Of a stretch of DNA of 64,000 bases, positions 1-12,307 are shown one piece after another. The notes under the pieces were generated by a model that ran no database searches, had not been told where the DNA came from, and saw only the letters and a program-made list of their open reading frames with translations. This DNA is from an uncultured Rikenellaceae bacterium (lineage in GTDB: Bacteria > Bacteroidota > Bacteroidia > Bacteroidales > VadinHA17): NCBI GenBank assembly GCA_964429295.1, contig CAYSBL010000001.1, forward strand, positions 178,528-242,527, written 5' to 3'. The translations under genes were made by a program, and so were the position numbers. Every line of letters begins with the position of its first letter. The stretch's first letter is position 1.

Positions 1-177
1 CAAATTAGCCTTGGTAAGCTTTTCTAGAGCAGCCCGGTCACCTTTTTTGATCCTTTGTGCAAGTTCAACTTCTTCTTCAACCGATATCAACTCCTCTTTA
101 CCAATTTCCTGAAGGTACTTGTCCAGTGATGCACTTTCCCTGTTTGTTATGGACTTGGTAATCTTTAGCTGTCTCAT
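1..177 (-). CDS. rpoD: RNA polymerase primary sigma factor (sigma-70/RpoD family); N-terminal fragment, with the rest of the gene lying beyond the window edge
   Basis: Reverse-complement translation from the ATG at 177-175 gives [59 protein letters not shown]. This matches the characteristic N-terminus of Bacteroidota sigma-A. It is truncated at the edge and so is absent from the ORF track. Confidence 0.75.
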   Translation of the reverse strand, partial: MRQLKITKSITNRESASLDKYLQEIGKEELISVEEEVELAQRIKKGDRAALEKLTKANL

Positions 178-309
178 TATGCCTCCGAAAAAATTTCCGC
201 AAAGATATTGCTTTATTAATTAATAACAAAAGAATTGGAATAATGTTTTGCACAGGGAGTGTTTATAAAAACAGCCCCCTGTGCAACAGTATTTTATATG
301 GAGCCGGGA

Positions 310-1779
310 TTAGTTCCTGAACGAATAGCTGAACATGGTCCCGTTCGACTGGATTCCTTCAATGGATCTTAATTCCTTCCCGTCGGATGTTGCCTGGCGT
401 ACATCTGAAGCTGATTTTACCTTCCTGCCGTTCACACTCAGGATGATGTAGCCTTTCTTTATCCCAAGATCCTTGAATCTGCCATCATTGACCTCTGAGA
501 CCTTTACTCCATGGTCAATGTCAAATTTCTTCATTTCAGCCGTTTCAAGCGATTCCAGGCGGGCTCCATAAACTACCGAACCTGCTCCCATTCCGGGTGT
601 GACTACATTGGTATTCCCGGCTACATTCTTCATCGTCACCGGTATGGTGGTCTCTTTTCCATTCCTGAAGTAAGTGACACTTGCCTTGTCTCCCGGTCGC
701 TTCCTGCTCACAAACTCCTGGAGCTCTGAGGGAGAATTGACTTCCTTGCCATCAAAACTCATTATTATATCATTCTCTTTAAGACCTGCTGATTCAGCAG
801 CTCCGTCAGGAACAACTCCGGTAATGCGGGCTCCCCTGACTTCTGGCAGCTTAAGTTTTTCAGCGTCCTCCTGGGTCACTTCGGTAATATTTACACCAAT
901 TATGGCCCTCTGAACTTCACCATATTGCTTAAGATCCTCGACTACCTTGCTCACAAGCGTTATCGGTATGGCAAAGGAATTGCCCGCGTATGCCCCGCTG
1001 GGTGATACTATTGCTGAAGTAATCCCGACCAGCAGACCCTTGGTGTCAACAAGAGCGCCTCCGCTGTTGCCCATGTTAAGCGCTGCATCAGTCTGAATGA
1101 ATGATTCGATCCTGAGCTCACTGTCAAGAATGTTGAGGTTTCTGCCTTTGGCACTTACAATACCTGCAGTAACCGTGGATGTAAGATCCAGCTCGCTGGT
1201 GGAAAACGGATTACCGACTGCGAGAACCCATTCACCAAGCCGGAGCTTGTCAGAATCTCCATACTTGATGTAGGGTAAACCTTTAGCATCGATCTTCAGC
1301 AATGCAATATCGGTACTGGGATCCTTTCCGACTATTCTGGCTTCAAAAACCCTCTTGTCATTGAGTCTTACTTCAACATTCTCAGCATCATCAATAACAT
1401 GATCGTTTGTGATTATATAACCGTCTTCAGAAATAATCACTCCTGAGCCATAACCCTTCACTTCCCTGGGACGAGGTGAGTAACGGTCTCCGTAAAAATA
1501 CTCCCAGAAAGGATTGGTTGACTGTGGGGCAACCATACTCTTTGTGCGAACATGGACAACCGCGTGGACGGTCATCTCGGCAGCATAGGTAAAGTCAATC
1601 TGTCCTTCCTGCATCGAAAGCGATGTCAGCAAAGCCTCGGCATTCTTATCAGACAAACCGGAACTTTCCCTGGTCTGATTCACGGCAGGCTTCTCAATGA
1701 ACCTGGTGTAGGCAAACAGAGCTATTGCACCTCCAAGTACTGCCATGAGAAAACTCCCTAATAAATATTTCGTTTTCAT
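310..1779 (-). CDS. htrA: Periplasmic serine endoprotease, HtrA/DegP/DegQ family (trypsin-like domain plus two PDZ-like regions)
   Basis: 489-aa ORF with an N-terminal membrane anchor or signal (LLGSFLMAVLGGAIALFAY). The catalytic triad context is TNDHVI (His), DIALLKI (Asp) and GNSGGALV (Ser). The C-terminal ~200 aa has PDZ-like repeats. Confidence 0.9.
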   Translation of the reverse strand: MKTKYLLGSFLMAVLGGAIALFAYTRFIEKPAVNQTRESSGLSDKNAEALLTSLSMQEGQIDFTYAAEMTVHAVVHVRTKSMVAPQSTNPFWEYFYGDRYSPRPREVKGYGSGVIISEDGYIITNDHVIDDAENVEVRLNDKRVFEARIVGKDPSTDIALLKIDAKGLPYIKYGDSDKLRLGEWVLAVGNPFSTSELDLTSTVTAGIVSAKGRNLNILDSELRIESFIQTDAALNMGNSGGALVDTKGLLVGITSAIVSPSGAYAGNSFAIPITLVSKVVEDLKQYGEVQRAIIGVNITEVTQEDAEKLKLPEVRGARITGVVPDGAAESAGLKENDIIMSFDGKEVNSPSELQEFVSRKRPGDKASVTYFRNGKETTIPVTMKNVAGNTNVVTPGMGAGSVVYGARLESLETAEMKKFDIDHGVKVSEVNDGRFKDLGIKKGYIILSVNGRKVKSASDVRQATSDGKELRSIEGIQSNGTMFSYSFRN

Positions 1780-1827
1780 AACTGTCGTTTATTTTTGTTA
1801 TACTTATTAATTCCTGTATCCTGTTCT

Positions 1828-1835
1828 CAAATTTA
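1828..1835 (-). promoter_or_regulatory. Candidate Bacteroidota -7 promoter box (TAAATTTG on the minus strand) for htrA
   Basis: The plus strand reads CAAATTTA, which is TAnnTTTG on the minus strand. It lies 49 nt upstream of the htrA ATG. Motif match only. Confidence 0.35.
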
Positions 1836-1855
1836 ATGCCTTTACAAAAGATTCA

Positions 1856-1863
1856 TATATTTG
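1856..1863 (+). promoter_or_regulatory. Candidate Bacteroidota -7 promoter box (TATATTTG) for the dapF-rlmN-dacB unit
   Basis: TAnnTTTG match 94 nt upstream of the dapF ATG, in the divergent htrA/dapF intergenic region. Motif match only. Confidence 0.3.
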
Positions 1864-1956
1864 TAACCATTTTCAGTCATTTCTGTTCAGCAAAGTTTGT
1901 GCTTTTTTCTGTTGTTTATTAATGACTGACAAACATTTAACAAGTATTTAACACTG

Positions 1957-2733
1957 ATGGCAACACCTTTTAACAAATACCAGGGAACCGGCAACGATTT
2001 CATTATTATAGACAACCGCAAAGGCACTTTTAATCCCGGCAATTCAACGCTTATAAAAAGACTGTGCGACAGGAGGTTTGGCATTGGGGCGGACGGGCTG
2101 ATACTTATTGACAAACATGACAGTCTTGACTTTGAGATGATATATTTCAATGCCGACGGCTTCAGGGGTACGATGTGCGGGAACGGCGGAAGATGCACTG
2201 CAGCCTTTGCACTTAAACATGGAATTGCAGGTACTGCACAGAGATTTATGGCTTCCGACGGGATTCATGAAGCAAGGGCTGAAAATGACATCATCCGTCT
2301 TTCAATGAGCAATGTGAAAAATATAAGCAAAATAGCCGGGAACTACTTCATAAATACAGGATCACCACATTATGTTGTGTTCACCGGTGATGCTGACAAT
2401 ACCGATGTATTCTCCGAAGGCAGAAATATCAGATGGTCAGATGATTTTAAACCCGGGGGTACCAATGTTAACTTCGTTGAAATCCGTGAAAATGGGATCT
2501 ATGTGAGAACATTCGAGAGGGGCGTCGAAGATGAAACCCTGTCATGTGGAACCGGCGTGACGGCTTCTGCCATTGCTTCGGTTCTGTCAGGACATTTTGT
2601 CAGTACCCCCGTAAATGTTAAAACCAGGGGAGGTGATCTTATGGTTGAATTTGAGGCAAAGCCCAACATCATAACTGATATCAGACTCTGTGGCCCTGCA
2701 ACTTTTGTATTCGAAGGAAATATAGAAATCTGA
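1957..2733 (+). CDS. dapF: Diaminopimelate epimerase
   Basis: 258 aa. It has the N-terminal FNKYQGTGNDFIIIDN motif and the two catalytic Cys contexts MCGNGGRC and LSCGTG typical of DapF. Confidence 0.9.
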   Translation: MATPFNKYQGTGNDFIIIDNRKGTFNPGNSTLIKRLCDRRFGIGADGLILIDKHDSLDFEMIYFNADGFRGTMCGNGGRCTAAFALKHGIAGTAQRFMASDGIHEARAENDIIRLSMSNVKNISKIAGNYFINTGSPHYVVFTGDADNTDVFSEGRNIRWSDDFKPGGTNVNFVEIRENGIYVRTFERGVEDETLSCGTGVTASAIASVLSGHFVSTPVNVKTRGGDLMVEFEAKPNIITDIRLCGPATFVFEGNIEI

Positions 2734-2795
2734 CCACACAATTCGTGGCGAAAAACCAGCTTGGAATCAGATCTCAGCGATCAGAGACCTGCATC

Positions 2796-3821
2796 ATGCA
2801 AAAGGAAAGACTTTACGGCAAGACATTAAACGAACTCATTGCCATAGCAAAGAGGATCGGATTGCCGGGGTATGCAGCAAGGCAGATAGCTGACTGGTTG
2901 TACCGGAAAGAGATCAGGTCAATTGAAGAGATGACCAATCTCTCGAAAAACATGAGAGAGGTGCTTTCGGAATATTATGAAATTGGATTGACCGAACCGA
3001 TTCAGACTTCAGTCAGCTCTGACGGAACAAAGAAATACCTGTACAGGGTGCTGGACGGGAAGTTTATCGAGACTGCTTTCATCCCTGACAACGAAAGGGC
3101 TACCATTTGCGTATCATCCCAGTCCGGATGCAAGATGGGCTGCATATTCTGCATGACAGGCAGACAGGGATTTCAGGGAAACCTTACATCTAATGAAATT
3201 CTGAATCAGTTTCGCAGCATGCCGGAATACAGGCAGATAACCAACATGGTTTATATGGGAATGGGAGAGCCTCTCGACAATCTGAATGAAGTCATTAAAA
3301 GCCTCGAAATCCTTACCAGCGACTGGGGTTATGGATGGAGTCCGACCAGGATCACTGTCAGCACTGTCGGAATTCTTAACAGACTGAACGATTTTCTTGA
3401 AAAAACCCGATGCCATCTGGCTGTGAGCCTTCATTCCCCTTTTGATGAGGAACGCCGGATGCTTATGCCGATACAAAAAACCAATACCCTGGATGAAGTT
3501 CTTAATATCATAAGAAACTTTGACTTCAACAAACAGAGAAGAGTATCCTTTGAATACATTCTTTTCAGGGGAATAAACGACACACCCCGTCATGTCAGAG
3601 AGCTTGCCCGTAAACTAAACGGAATCAAGTGCAGGATAAATATCATCCGGTTCCATCCCGTCCCGGGATCAGGATTCTCGAGTCCCGTAGAGGAAGAAAC
3701 CATCGCTTTCAGGGATGCACTCAGCGCTAAGGGCATAATTACCACAATAAGAGCAAGCAGGGGCATTGACATTAATGCTGCCTGCGGCCTACTGTCGACT
3801 CTTGAACAGAATAAAACCTGA
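2796..3821 (+). CDS. rlmN: 23S rRNA (adenine2503-C2)/tRNA methyltransferase, radical SAM enzyme RlmN
   Basis: Carries the radical-SAM CxxxCxxC motif (CKMGCIFCMTG), GMGEPL, and a C-terminal conserved Cys (INAACG). The track starts at a GTG at 2745, but the ATG at 2796 (MQKERLYGKTL) is the more likely start. Confidence 0.88.
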   Translation: MQKERLYGKTLNELIAIAKRIGLPGYAARQIADWLYRKEIRSIEEMTNLSKNMREVLSEYYEIGLTEPIQTSVSSDGTKKYLYRVLDGKFIETAFIPDNERATICVSSQSGCKMGCIFCMTGRQGFQGNLTSNEILNQFRSMPEYRQITNMVYMGMGEPLDNLNEVIKSLEILTSDWGYGWSPTRITVSTVGILNRLNDFLEKTRCHLAVSLHSPFDEERRMLMPIQKTNTLDEVLNIIRNFDFNKQRRVSFEYILFRGINDTPRHVRELARKLNGIKCRINIIRFHPVPGSGFSSPVEEETIAFRDALSAKGIITTIRASRGIDINAACGLLSTLEQNKT

Positions 3822-3826
3822 CCGGT

Positions 3827-5263
3827 ATGTCACGGAAATATCTGGCAATTTTACTCCTTCTCATTTCATCCGCTGCCTCAGGTCAGGGCACTGCACTCAA
3901 ATTCCTTCTGTCCGATACGGCAATGTCCGGATCCTCCGTCTCAGTATGCATTATTGATACCAGTGACGGAAGCACCGTACTGGAGTACAATTCAGGTGAA
4001 AGCCTTATGCCTGCGTCTGTGCTGAAAATTGTTACTACGGCAGCAGCTTTGGAATTGCTGGGTCCTCAATATCGTTTTAAAACACGTCTGGGCTATACCG
4101 GCAGCCTGAACAGAAGGACGGGTGTGATTACAGGTGATCTTGTTATAAAAGGCGGAGGAGATCCGGTACTTGGATCCCCATACTTCGGGGAACATTACGG
4201 CGACTTCCTCAACGGCTGGATACAAATGCTGAAAAAGGCCGGTATCAGGACCGTAAACGGAAGGATTATATGTGACGACTCAAGATATGATTACCATCCT
4301 GTGCCTCCAAAGTGGCTTTGGGAAGATATCGGAAATTATTACGGTGCAGGGGTATATGGATTGTCACTATTCGACAACACCTATGAAATACATTTCAGAA
4401 CATCCTCAGAAGGTACAGTTCCTGAGATCACCGGTTACAGCCCTGACATATGCCGTTATCAACTTTCCAACCAGCTTACATCATACGGGAACTCCGACAG
4501 GGGATATGTTTTTGCCGCTCCCTATGGCAATTATGGTTGGATGAAAGGCACAATCCCTGCAAACAGAAATGATTTCGTCCTGAAAGCATCAATTCCAGAC
4601 CCTCCCCTGCTGATGGCCACACTTTTTGACCACATGCTCGATTCTGCAGGCATTGTGGTCAGACAGGACCCGTCAACCTGCCGGATTGAAAATCGTGCTG
4701 AACAGGAAATAGTCCTGCTGGCAGAAGTTGAATCCCCTCCCCTTTTTTCAATTGCAGAAGTTCTTAATCATGAAAGTGTCAACCTGTATGCAGAGCATCT
4801 TCTCAAAGAAATTGGTCTTCAGTTCAATGGAAAGGGAACAACTCTGGCGGGAATAGAAGTTGTTTACAATTTTCTCAATGATGCAGGTGTTGATGCAAAA
4901 GGATTCTTTATAGAGGATGGAAGCGGTTTATCTCCGCTCAATGCGGTGACATCAAAAGGGCTTGCCGGTCTTTTGCTATACATGAAGAAAAATGCCGTGA
5001 ATTCTGAAGCTTTTATGAACTCGCTTCCCGAAGCAGGAAAGGAGGGAACTTTGAAAAGTGTGTTCCGTCATCCCTCATTTGCCGGCAATCTCAAAGCAAA
5101 AAGCGGATCCATAACCAGGACCAGATGCTATTCCGGCTATTTTACTGCAAGGTCAGGCAGGGAAATGGCTTTCAGCGTTTTGGTTAATAATTTCTCTGGT
5201 CCTGTACAAACCATAGTTGCAGGCATTGAAGCCTTATTGCTTGAAATAATTGAAAGCCAGTGA
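3827..5263 (+). CDS. dacB: D-alanyl-D-alanine carboxypeptidase/endopeptidase (PBP4, peptidase S13 family)
   Basis: 478 aa with a signal peptide (LAILLLLISSAASG). It has the SxxK active-site motif (SVLK) and a late KSG (KTG-like) motif in KAKSGSI. Length and layout fit PBP4. Confidence 0.85.
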   Translation: MSRKYLAILLLLISSAASGQGTALKFLLSDTAMSGSSVSVCIIDTSDGSTVLEYNSGESLMPASVLKIVTTAAALELLGPQYRFKTRLGYTGSLNRRTGVITGDLVIKGGGDPVLGSPYFGEHYGDFLNGWIQMLKKAGIRTVNGRIICDDSRYDYHPVPPKWLWEDIGNYYGAGVYGLSLFDNTYEIHFRTSSEGTVPEITGYSPDICRYQLSNQLTSYGNSDRGYVFAAPYGNYGWMKGTIPANRNDFVLKASIPDPPLLMATLFDHMLDSAGIVVRQDPSTCRIENRAEQEIVLLAEVESPPLFSIAEVLNHESVNLYAEHLLKEIGLQFNGKGTTLAGIEVVYNFLNDAGVDAKGFFIEDGSGLSPLNAVTSKGLAGLLLYMKKNAVNSEAFMNSLPEAGKEGTLKSVFRHPSFAGNLKAKSGSITRTRCYSGYFTARSGREMAFSVLVNNFSGPVQTIVAGIEALLLEIIESQ

Positions 5264-5279
5264 CCGGACAAAAGTCCCT

Positions 5280-7262
<1,983 letters not shown>

Positions 7263-7357
7263 TTACAACAACATCCGACAATAAGTTACAAGTATGGCTT
7301 AATTAACTAATTTTTCAATACTTAACAATCTGATTTTATGCCCCTTAATTAATCCGA

Positions 7358-7365
7358 CAAAGATA
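7358..7365 (-). promoter_or_regulatory. Candidate -7 promoter box (TATCTTTG on the minus strand) upstream of gyrB
   Basis: The plus strand reads CAAAGATA, which is TAnnTTTG on the minus strand, 108 nt upstream of the gyrB ATG. No clear -33 TTTG at the canonical spacing. Confidence 0.25.
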
Positions 7366-7551
7366 CCCTTTTTTAAAGGTTTTTTTAGTTAAAACAAGTT
7401 AAAAGAAATCCACAATCTGGTAAAGAAATTAACAATTACAAGCCTTCCCTGTCATGTATGCAGGCAGCCCTGAGGTCTGCAACAAAACTGGTAACCGTTC
7501 AATTTGAAAATACAGTACAATTAAACTCAGGAACGGAGAAAACATCCCTTT

Positions 7552-9261
7552 TCAGAGGCTGTAGCTGAAACCGGCCATGAAATTGAACATCTGTGATGGA
7601 TAGTAGGCCCATTCATAGTATCTGTTCCATGAAACATTGTCTACCTTGATCCAGAAAGACAATATCCTGGTATACCTGTATTCAGCTGACAAACCAAGGT
7701 TGACATGAACCGGCTGTTCAACCACCTGAGGTTCCAGTGTCATCCATCCTGTTGGACTCTTACTAACCATAAGCTTCCTTCTTCCGAGCGCTGTCACCTC
7801 AGCTCCGGCAATAATCTTGTCCCTCAGGTTATAGAATAATCCGAACCTGCCATCCCAGTCCGGCTTGTTCCATGCATATTCATTGGCCGAAAGGGTATAT
7901 TTGTAGTAATTGGCCGATGTACTGAACGACATTCTTTTAGAGAATTTTCCGCTGATCTCCCCGTGGAAATTAAGCACTTCAGCATCATCCGGGGTGATCA
8001 TGAAATAATTTCCCCTCTCCACAAATCCTGCAGTGTCGGGATAGACTACATTTGAATAGAGGATCATATTGTTAACAATGGAATAAGAAGCCGAAAGCAC
8101 GTAGTTGCCTCCTATTCCGCTGTTCCCCTTCAGTCCTGCAGACATGATCAGGGCATGATTGGTATTTGGTACCTTGTATATCGTTTCACCGGGGACAAGA
8201 AAAGGATTTTCCCGGATAAGATTCATCGGCTCATTATTCTCAAGCCTGCCTCCCAGTCCGGCAAAGAACCTTATATACTGAGGAACTACACTGAACCCGA
8301 ATTCAAGGTCGGGATGAAAATAGGCCTTCACCTTCGAGTCAAGGTTCTTTTCAAGAGAAAGCCCCGCTCCCAGTTTGAAGTTCCACTGATCGGTACTTTT
8401 TCTTACAAAAGGACTTAAAGTAAGTATGTACTTGGGATCAATCCCAAGTGATTTCGAAAGAGTGTAATGACTAATATCCAGTCCGGAGCCAAGATAGAAT
8501 CCCTCATAAAGTGCTGCCATCTTCCCGTTGAATCCTATGTGGTTCATGTTGCCCTCGCCGGCATTGCGGAAGTAATCGTATGAGACTCCCAGGTCGTATG
8601 AAAGATCAGCAGAATCGAGGTTGAGGGATGCCAGGGATAATCTGGCTCCTGCATCAAGGTAACTCAGCCTGATGTTCTTCTTCAGGAATTCATAGGGTAC
8701 TTCAGTATTGTAGCCATAGGCATACCTGGCTTTCTGCATAAAATCGGCAGAAAGATCCAGGTAACTTTTATCAAAAAATTTTCTTCCGAACACCGTTGCA
8801 TCATTATCCATGAATCCCGCGTACACTTTCTGCTTGTTCTCGAGCGGAACCTTTCCGTTCGATGAATAGTGCTTTGCATAGATTCCTACAGCTCCTTTTT
8901 TTGACCTGTGGTTGCTAATGCTCAGTTCAGCAAGGGGTGTCGTATTGCTCCCTAATCCAACCTTCACGTAACTCTTGTAGAGCTTGGGAAGAGGATCGGA
9001 AAGAAGCGATGCCGACTTGATCGGACTAATTGAATGTGCAGGGCTATAAGGTTCGGAGTTTACGTCATAGAAAAAAACGGGATTGACACTCGCAGTATCA
9101 TTCATATCCGGAAAGAAACTTAGCTTCCTGGTATCTGAAAGAGAAGGCTTGTATGGATTATAAAGTGTCACCTCTCTTTTAAGATCCTGTTCCTGGGCCA
9201 GGAGCGGCACGCAGACTATCAGGGTCAGGATCATGGCGAATATGGCTTTCTTTAATATCAT
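7552..9261 (-). CDS. Putative outer-membrane beta-barrel protein (Bacteroidota putative-porin-like)
   Basis: 569 aa with a signal peptide (AIFAMILTLIVCVPLLAQ). The whole length shows an alternating hydrophobic/aromatic beta-strand pattern with frequent G/Y/S/N turns. The C-terminus is aromatic-rich (FNFMAGFSYSL). The gene lies 35 nt downstream of the TPR gene. Confidence 0.6.
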   Translation of the reverse strand: MILKKAIFAMILTLIVCVPLLAQEQDLKREVTLYNPYKPSLSDTRKLSFFPDMNDTASVNPVFFYDVNSEPYSPAHSISPIKSASLLSDPLPKLYKSYVKVGLGSNTTPLAELSISNHRSKKGAVGIYAKHYSSNGKVPLENKQKVYAGFMDNDATVFGRKFFDKSYLDLSADFMQKARYAYGYNTEVPYEFLKKNIRLSYLDAGARLSLASLNLDSADLSYDLGVSYDYFRNAGEGNMNHIGFNGKMAALYEGFYLGSGLDISHYTLSKSLGIDPKYILTLSPFVRKSTDQWNFKLGAGLSLEKNLDSKVKAYFHPDLEFGFSVVPQYIRFFAGLGGRLENNEPMNLIRENPFLVPGETIYKVPNTNHALIMSAGLKGNSGIGGNYVLSASYSIVNNMILYSNVVYPDTAGFVERGNYFMITPDDAEVLNFHGEISGKFSKRMSFSTSANYYKYTLSANEYAWNKPDWDGRFGLFYNLRDKIIAGAEVTALGRRKLMVSKSPTGWMTLEPQVVEQPVHVNLGLSAEYRYTRILSFWIKVDNVSWNRYYEWAYYPSQMFNFMAGFSYSL

Positions 9262-9295
9262 CGCAACTCTTTTTCTTTTAACAATTGTTTCAAAA

Positions 9296-12200
9296 TTACC
9301 TGTCGAGTGAATCCAGCCTGGCTTTCACTTCATCAAGGATCCCGTCATCGCTGACATTGTAGTATTCCTGAAGGCTCTGAAGAGTTGCCCTGGCCTGAAG
9401 GGTGTCTCCTTTCCTGATGCTGATATCTGCGAGCAGCAGGAACATCCTGGCTGTCCAGTATGGATGCGGGGAATTCTGGCCAATAAACTGGTTCACCAGC
9501 TTTTCCGACTCATCAATACTTCCATTTTTGAACAGGATCTCGGCCACCCTGTATTTTGACTCGGCTCCTTCAGCGCTGACCACTTCATTTGAAGTAATCC
9601 TGAAATCTTTGAGCGCTTCATCAAACTCATTCAGACTGTAGTGTGCTTTGGCACTGATGAAAATTGCTTCACGCATCAGCTCTTCCGGAATATTTGAAGT
9701 CTTCCTGATTCTTTCTGAAGCAAGAATGCTTTTCTGCGCATCACCATCCTGGTAGGCTGACCGGAGCTGGCCCCTCATGGCAGTCAGCTTGAACTCAGCA
9801 ATGGTTGTAATTCTTTCGAGAGATTCATAATATTCAAAAGCTTCTGAGTATTCCTCCTTTTCGTAAAGGATAGCGGATGCTGATATCAGGGACTGTTCCA
9901 TAAACTGGTTATTCGGGGTCCTGATCACCTCCCTGTAGTAGCCGAGGGCTTCGTCCTTGTTTCCCGATGAATTCAGGCATTCTGCCAGATAAAACTGAGC
10001 ATTGAGCCTGAAGCTTCCATTCTGGAACTCCCTGAGATAATTCCTGAACACCTCTGAAGCCCTGTTGCAATTGCCGGAGATGTAAAGATTTTCTCCCGAT
10101 ATGTAAAGCAGGGAATCCCGCTCCGTCAGGCTTACATCTCCATATCCGCGATTCCTTACATATGCAAAGTAACTTTCAACATCATTCATCTCGACATAGG
10201 CATTTTTCAGCCCGGTCATAGCATAGCGGGCCTCGGGAGTGGATGGATAATTTTCGATCACCTTCCTGAACTGAGCCACCGACTTCTCATTCTCACCCTG
10301 GTTGTAGTAAAGCAGGCCAAGCTGTACAATAGCCTGCGGAACAAATGAACTCGACTGGTAGTTTGCTATTATGTTGACAAAGTCGGCCTCACCCCTGCGA
10401 TAATCTTCCATCGCAAGAAAAGCCCTTCCCCTTTCATAAATCGCGCTTGGCACATAAGGGGATGACGGATATCTCGTTGTAAGCAATGTCAGAATATCTG
10501 TCTTGCCCCTGTTGTTATTCGTCAGGCCCAGGCAGAAACCCTTCTGATACAATGCATAATCGGCATTTTCCTTTCCGTGGGCTATCACCATGTCATAATA
10601 GCTGACCGCCTGGGAGTAATTTGTGTTAATAAAATAACAATCTGCTATCCTGAGCCTGGTGTCGTACTGCACCTCAGGCTTTGCTCTGGCAAATGCCGAT
10701 TCAAAGGTTCTGAATTCCGCCAGTGCCTTGCTGTAATCCTTCAGGTTGTAATAGACATAACCGAGATTGTATCTAAGCAGGGAGGCTTCAGGCAGGTTCA
10801 TGGCCCCTGGTATTCCCGAAAAAGTCATATAATCATTCCTTGCCTCCTCATACAAACCGATCCGGTATTCCGCTTCCGCTTTCCAGTAGTAGGCCCTTGC
10901 CCTCAGTTCCCTGTTGTGTTTTTCAAAGCGAAGCGATTTGTCGAACATGTCGATTGATTCTTCAATCTGCATGTTCCTGAAGAGCTCAAGTCCCCTGAAA
11001 AAAGCTACCCTCTGGTAGGCTGCCTCCAGGCGTGTATCCTTGTTCCTGATCCTGTCGAGAGCCGATAAAGCCGCCTGGTAGTTCCTTATCTCGGTGAATG
11101 TCGCAACCAGATAGTTGTATGCTTCCTCAATCTTAGGGGAATTAGGATACAGATCGATGTATTCCTGGAATGCGGCTATAGCCTCTCCAAAGGGTGATGT
11201 TGACGTCTCATAGGTCAGCTTTGCATAGCTCAGGAGCGATTCTTCCCTGAGCTTTTTGTCGCCTTCCATTCTGGATGCCTGACCAAAAGCAAACTGCGCC
11301 CTTTTCTTGTCCCCCGTCTTCAGATAACTATCCCCCAGAACAAACCATATATTCTGGCTCAGAATGTCATTCCTGGCCCCTGCACTTAGAAGTGTCCTGA
11401 TAGCGTCGTCGTACCTGCCGGTTTTATAGTAGCAAAAACCGAGTTGATACTTATCCTCCCTCTCGGTGGTCTTTGCACCTGCATTGTATTGCTCAAGGTA
11501 AGTAAGCGCTTCAACATAGTTTCCCTTATTGTAATAAGCATCCCCAATAAAGCGGAACATCTCAACTGCCCTCTCCTTTGGCGCTGATTTAAGCAGCTCG
11601 GGAGAGATTTCCAGTATCCCGTCATAATCCTTCTTAAGATACAATATCTGGGTGATGTAAAAAGGAACAATCGAACCGAAAGTCTCGTCACCCCTCAATT
11701 TGCTGAAGCCCTCAAGAGCGGTCTCATACATCTGCTGTTCATAGGCTATATGACTGAAATAGTATATCGCAGGAGCTGTATATTCCGTATCCCTGTCCTT
11801 GATTTCAGAAAACATGGTAAGCGCTTTGGCCTTATCACCCCGTACATACAGTGAATAACCGTACCTGAAATAGTATTCGGCCAGTTTTTCTTCGCTCAGC
11901 TCAAATCTGTTTACAGCCTCATAATAAGTGCATGCCTTCCTGTAGCTCTTGTTCTGGTAAAAATAGTCAGCAAGCGAGATCCTGCCCTCATTCAGCCGCG
12001 GACTCTCCGGATGACCTGACATATAGATCAGCATCCTGTATTCAGCATCGGGATTGTACAGCTTCAGAGCCGACAGAGCCGCATAATACTCGGCTTCATC
12101 ATTCCTTATACTGCTGTTATCCTTGTTTTCCCTGATGTAGGAATCGAACAGCCTTATTGCAGGTGCATACTTCTCCTTGTTGAAAAGATCCATGGCTCTC

Positions 12201-12307
12201 ACGAAATCGGACCTCAGGTCTTCTCCCGAGAAAGATGCCTGGGGAAATGCCTGTACAGCAGCAACAAAAAGGAGAATAAATATAAAGAGTAGCTTTTTAA
12301 TGTTCAT
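9296..12307 (-). CDS. Large secreted tetratricopeptide-repeat (TPR) protein
   Basis: 1003 aa with a Sec signal (LLFIFILLFVAAVQAFPQ). Almost the entire length consists of ~34-aa repeats with the A/Y/F/L TPR signature (for example YYFALSALKLY and AEYRIGLYEEA). Confidence 0.8.
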   Translation of the reverse strand: MNIKKLLFIFILLFVAAVQAFPQASFSGEDLRSDFVRAMDLFNKEKYAPAIRLFDSYIRENKDNSSIRNDEAEYYAALSALKLYNPDAEYRMLIYMSGHPESPRLNEGRISLADYFYQNKSYRKACTYYEAVNRFELSEEKLAEYYFRYGYSLYVRGDKAKALTMFSEIKDRDTEYTAPAIYYFSHIAYEQQMYETALEGFSKLRGDETFGSIVPFYITQILYLKKDYDGILEISPELLKSAPKERAVEMFRFIGDAYYNKGNYVEALTYLEQYNAGAKTTEREDKYQLGFCYYKTGRYDDAIRTLLSAGARNDILSQNIWFVLGDSYLKTGDKKRAQFAFGQASRMEGDKKLREESLLSYAKLTYETSTSPFGEAIAAFQEYIDLYPNSPKIEEAYNYLVATFTEIRNYQAALSALDRIRNKDTRLEAAYQRVAFFRGLELFRNMQIEESIDMFDKSLRFEKHNRELRARAYYWKAEAEYRIGLYEEARNDYMTFSGIPGAMNLPEASLLRYNLGYVYYNLKDYSKALAEFRTFESAFARAKPEVQYDTRLRIADCYFINTNYSQAVSYYDMVIAHGKENADYALYQKGFCLGLTNNNRGKTDILTLLTTRYPSSPYVPSAIYERGRAFLAMEDYRRGEADFVNIIANYQSSSFVPQAIVQLGLLYYNQGENEKSVAQFRKVIENYPSTPEARYAMTGLKNAYVEMNDVESYFAYVRNRGYGDVSLTERDSLLYISGENLYISGNCNRASEVFRNYLREFQNGSFRLNAQFYLAECLNSSGNKDEALGYYREVIRTPNNQFMEQSLISASAILYEKEEYSEAFEYYESLERITTIAEFKLTAMRGQLRSAYQDGDAQKSILASERIRKTSNIPEELMREAIFISAKAHYSLNEFDEALKDFRITSNEVVSAEGAESKYRVAEILFKNGSIDESEKLVNQFIGQNSPHPYWTARMFLLLADISIRKGDTLQARATLQSLQEYYNVSDDGILDEVKARLDSLDR

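Noticed and set aside
9296-12307. Calling the 1003-aa TPR protein PorW/SprE (type IX secretion)
   Set aside because: PorW/SprE proteins are lipoproteins, whereas this protein has a plain Sec signal without a lipobox Cys. No other T9SS genes are nearby, and I cannot verify sequence similarity.
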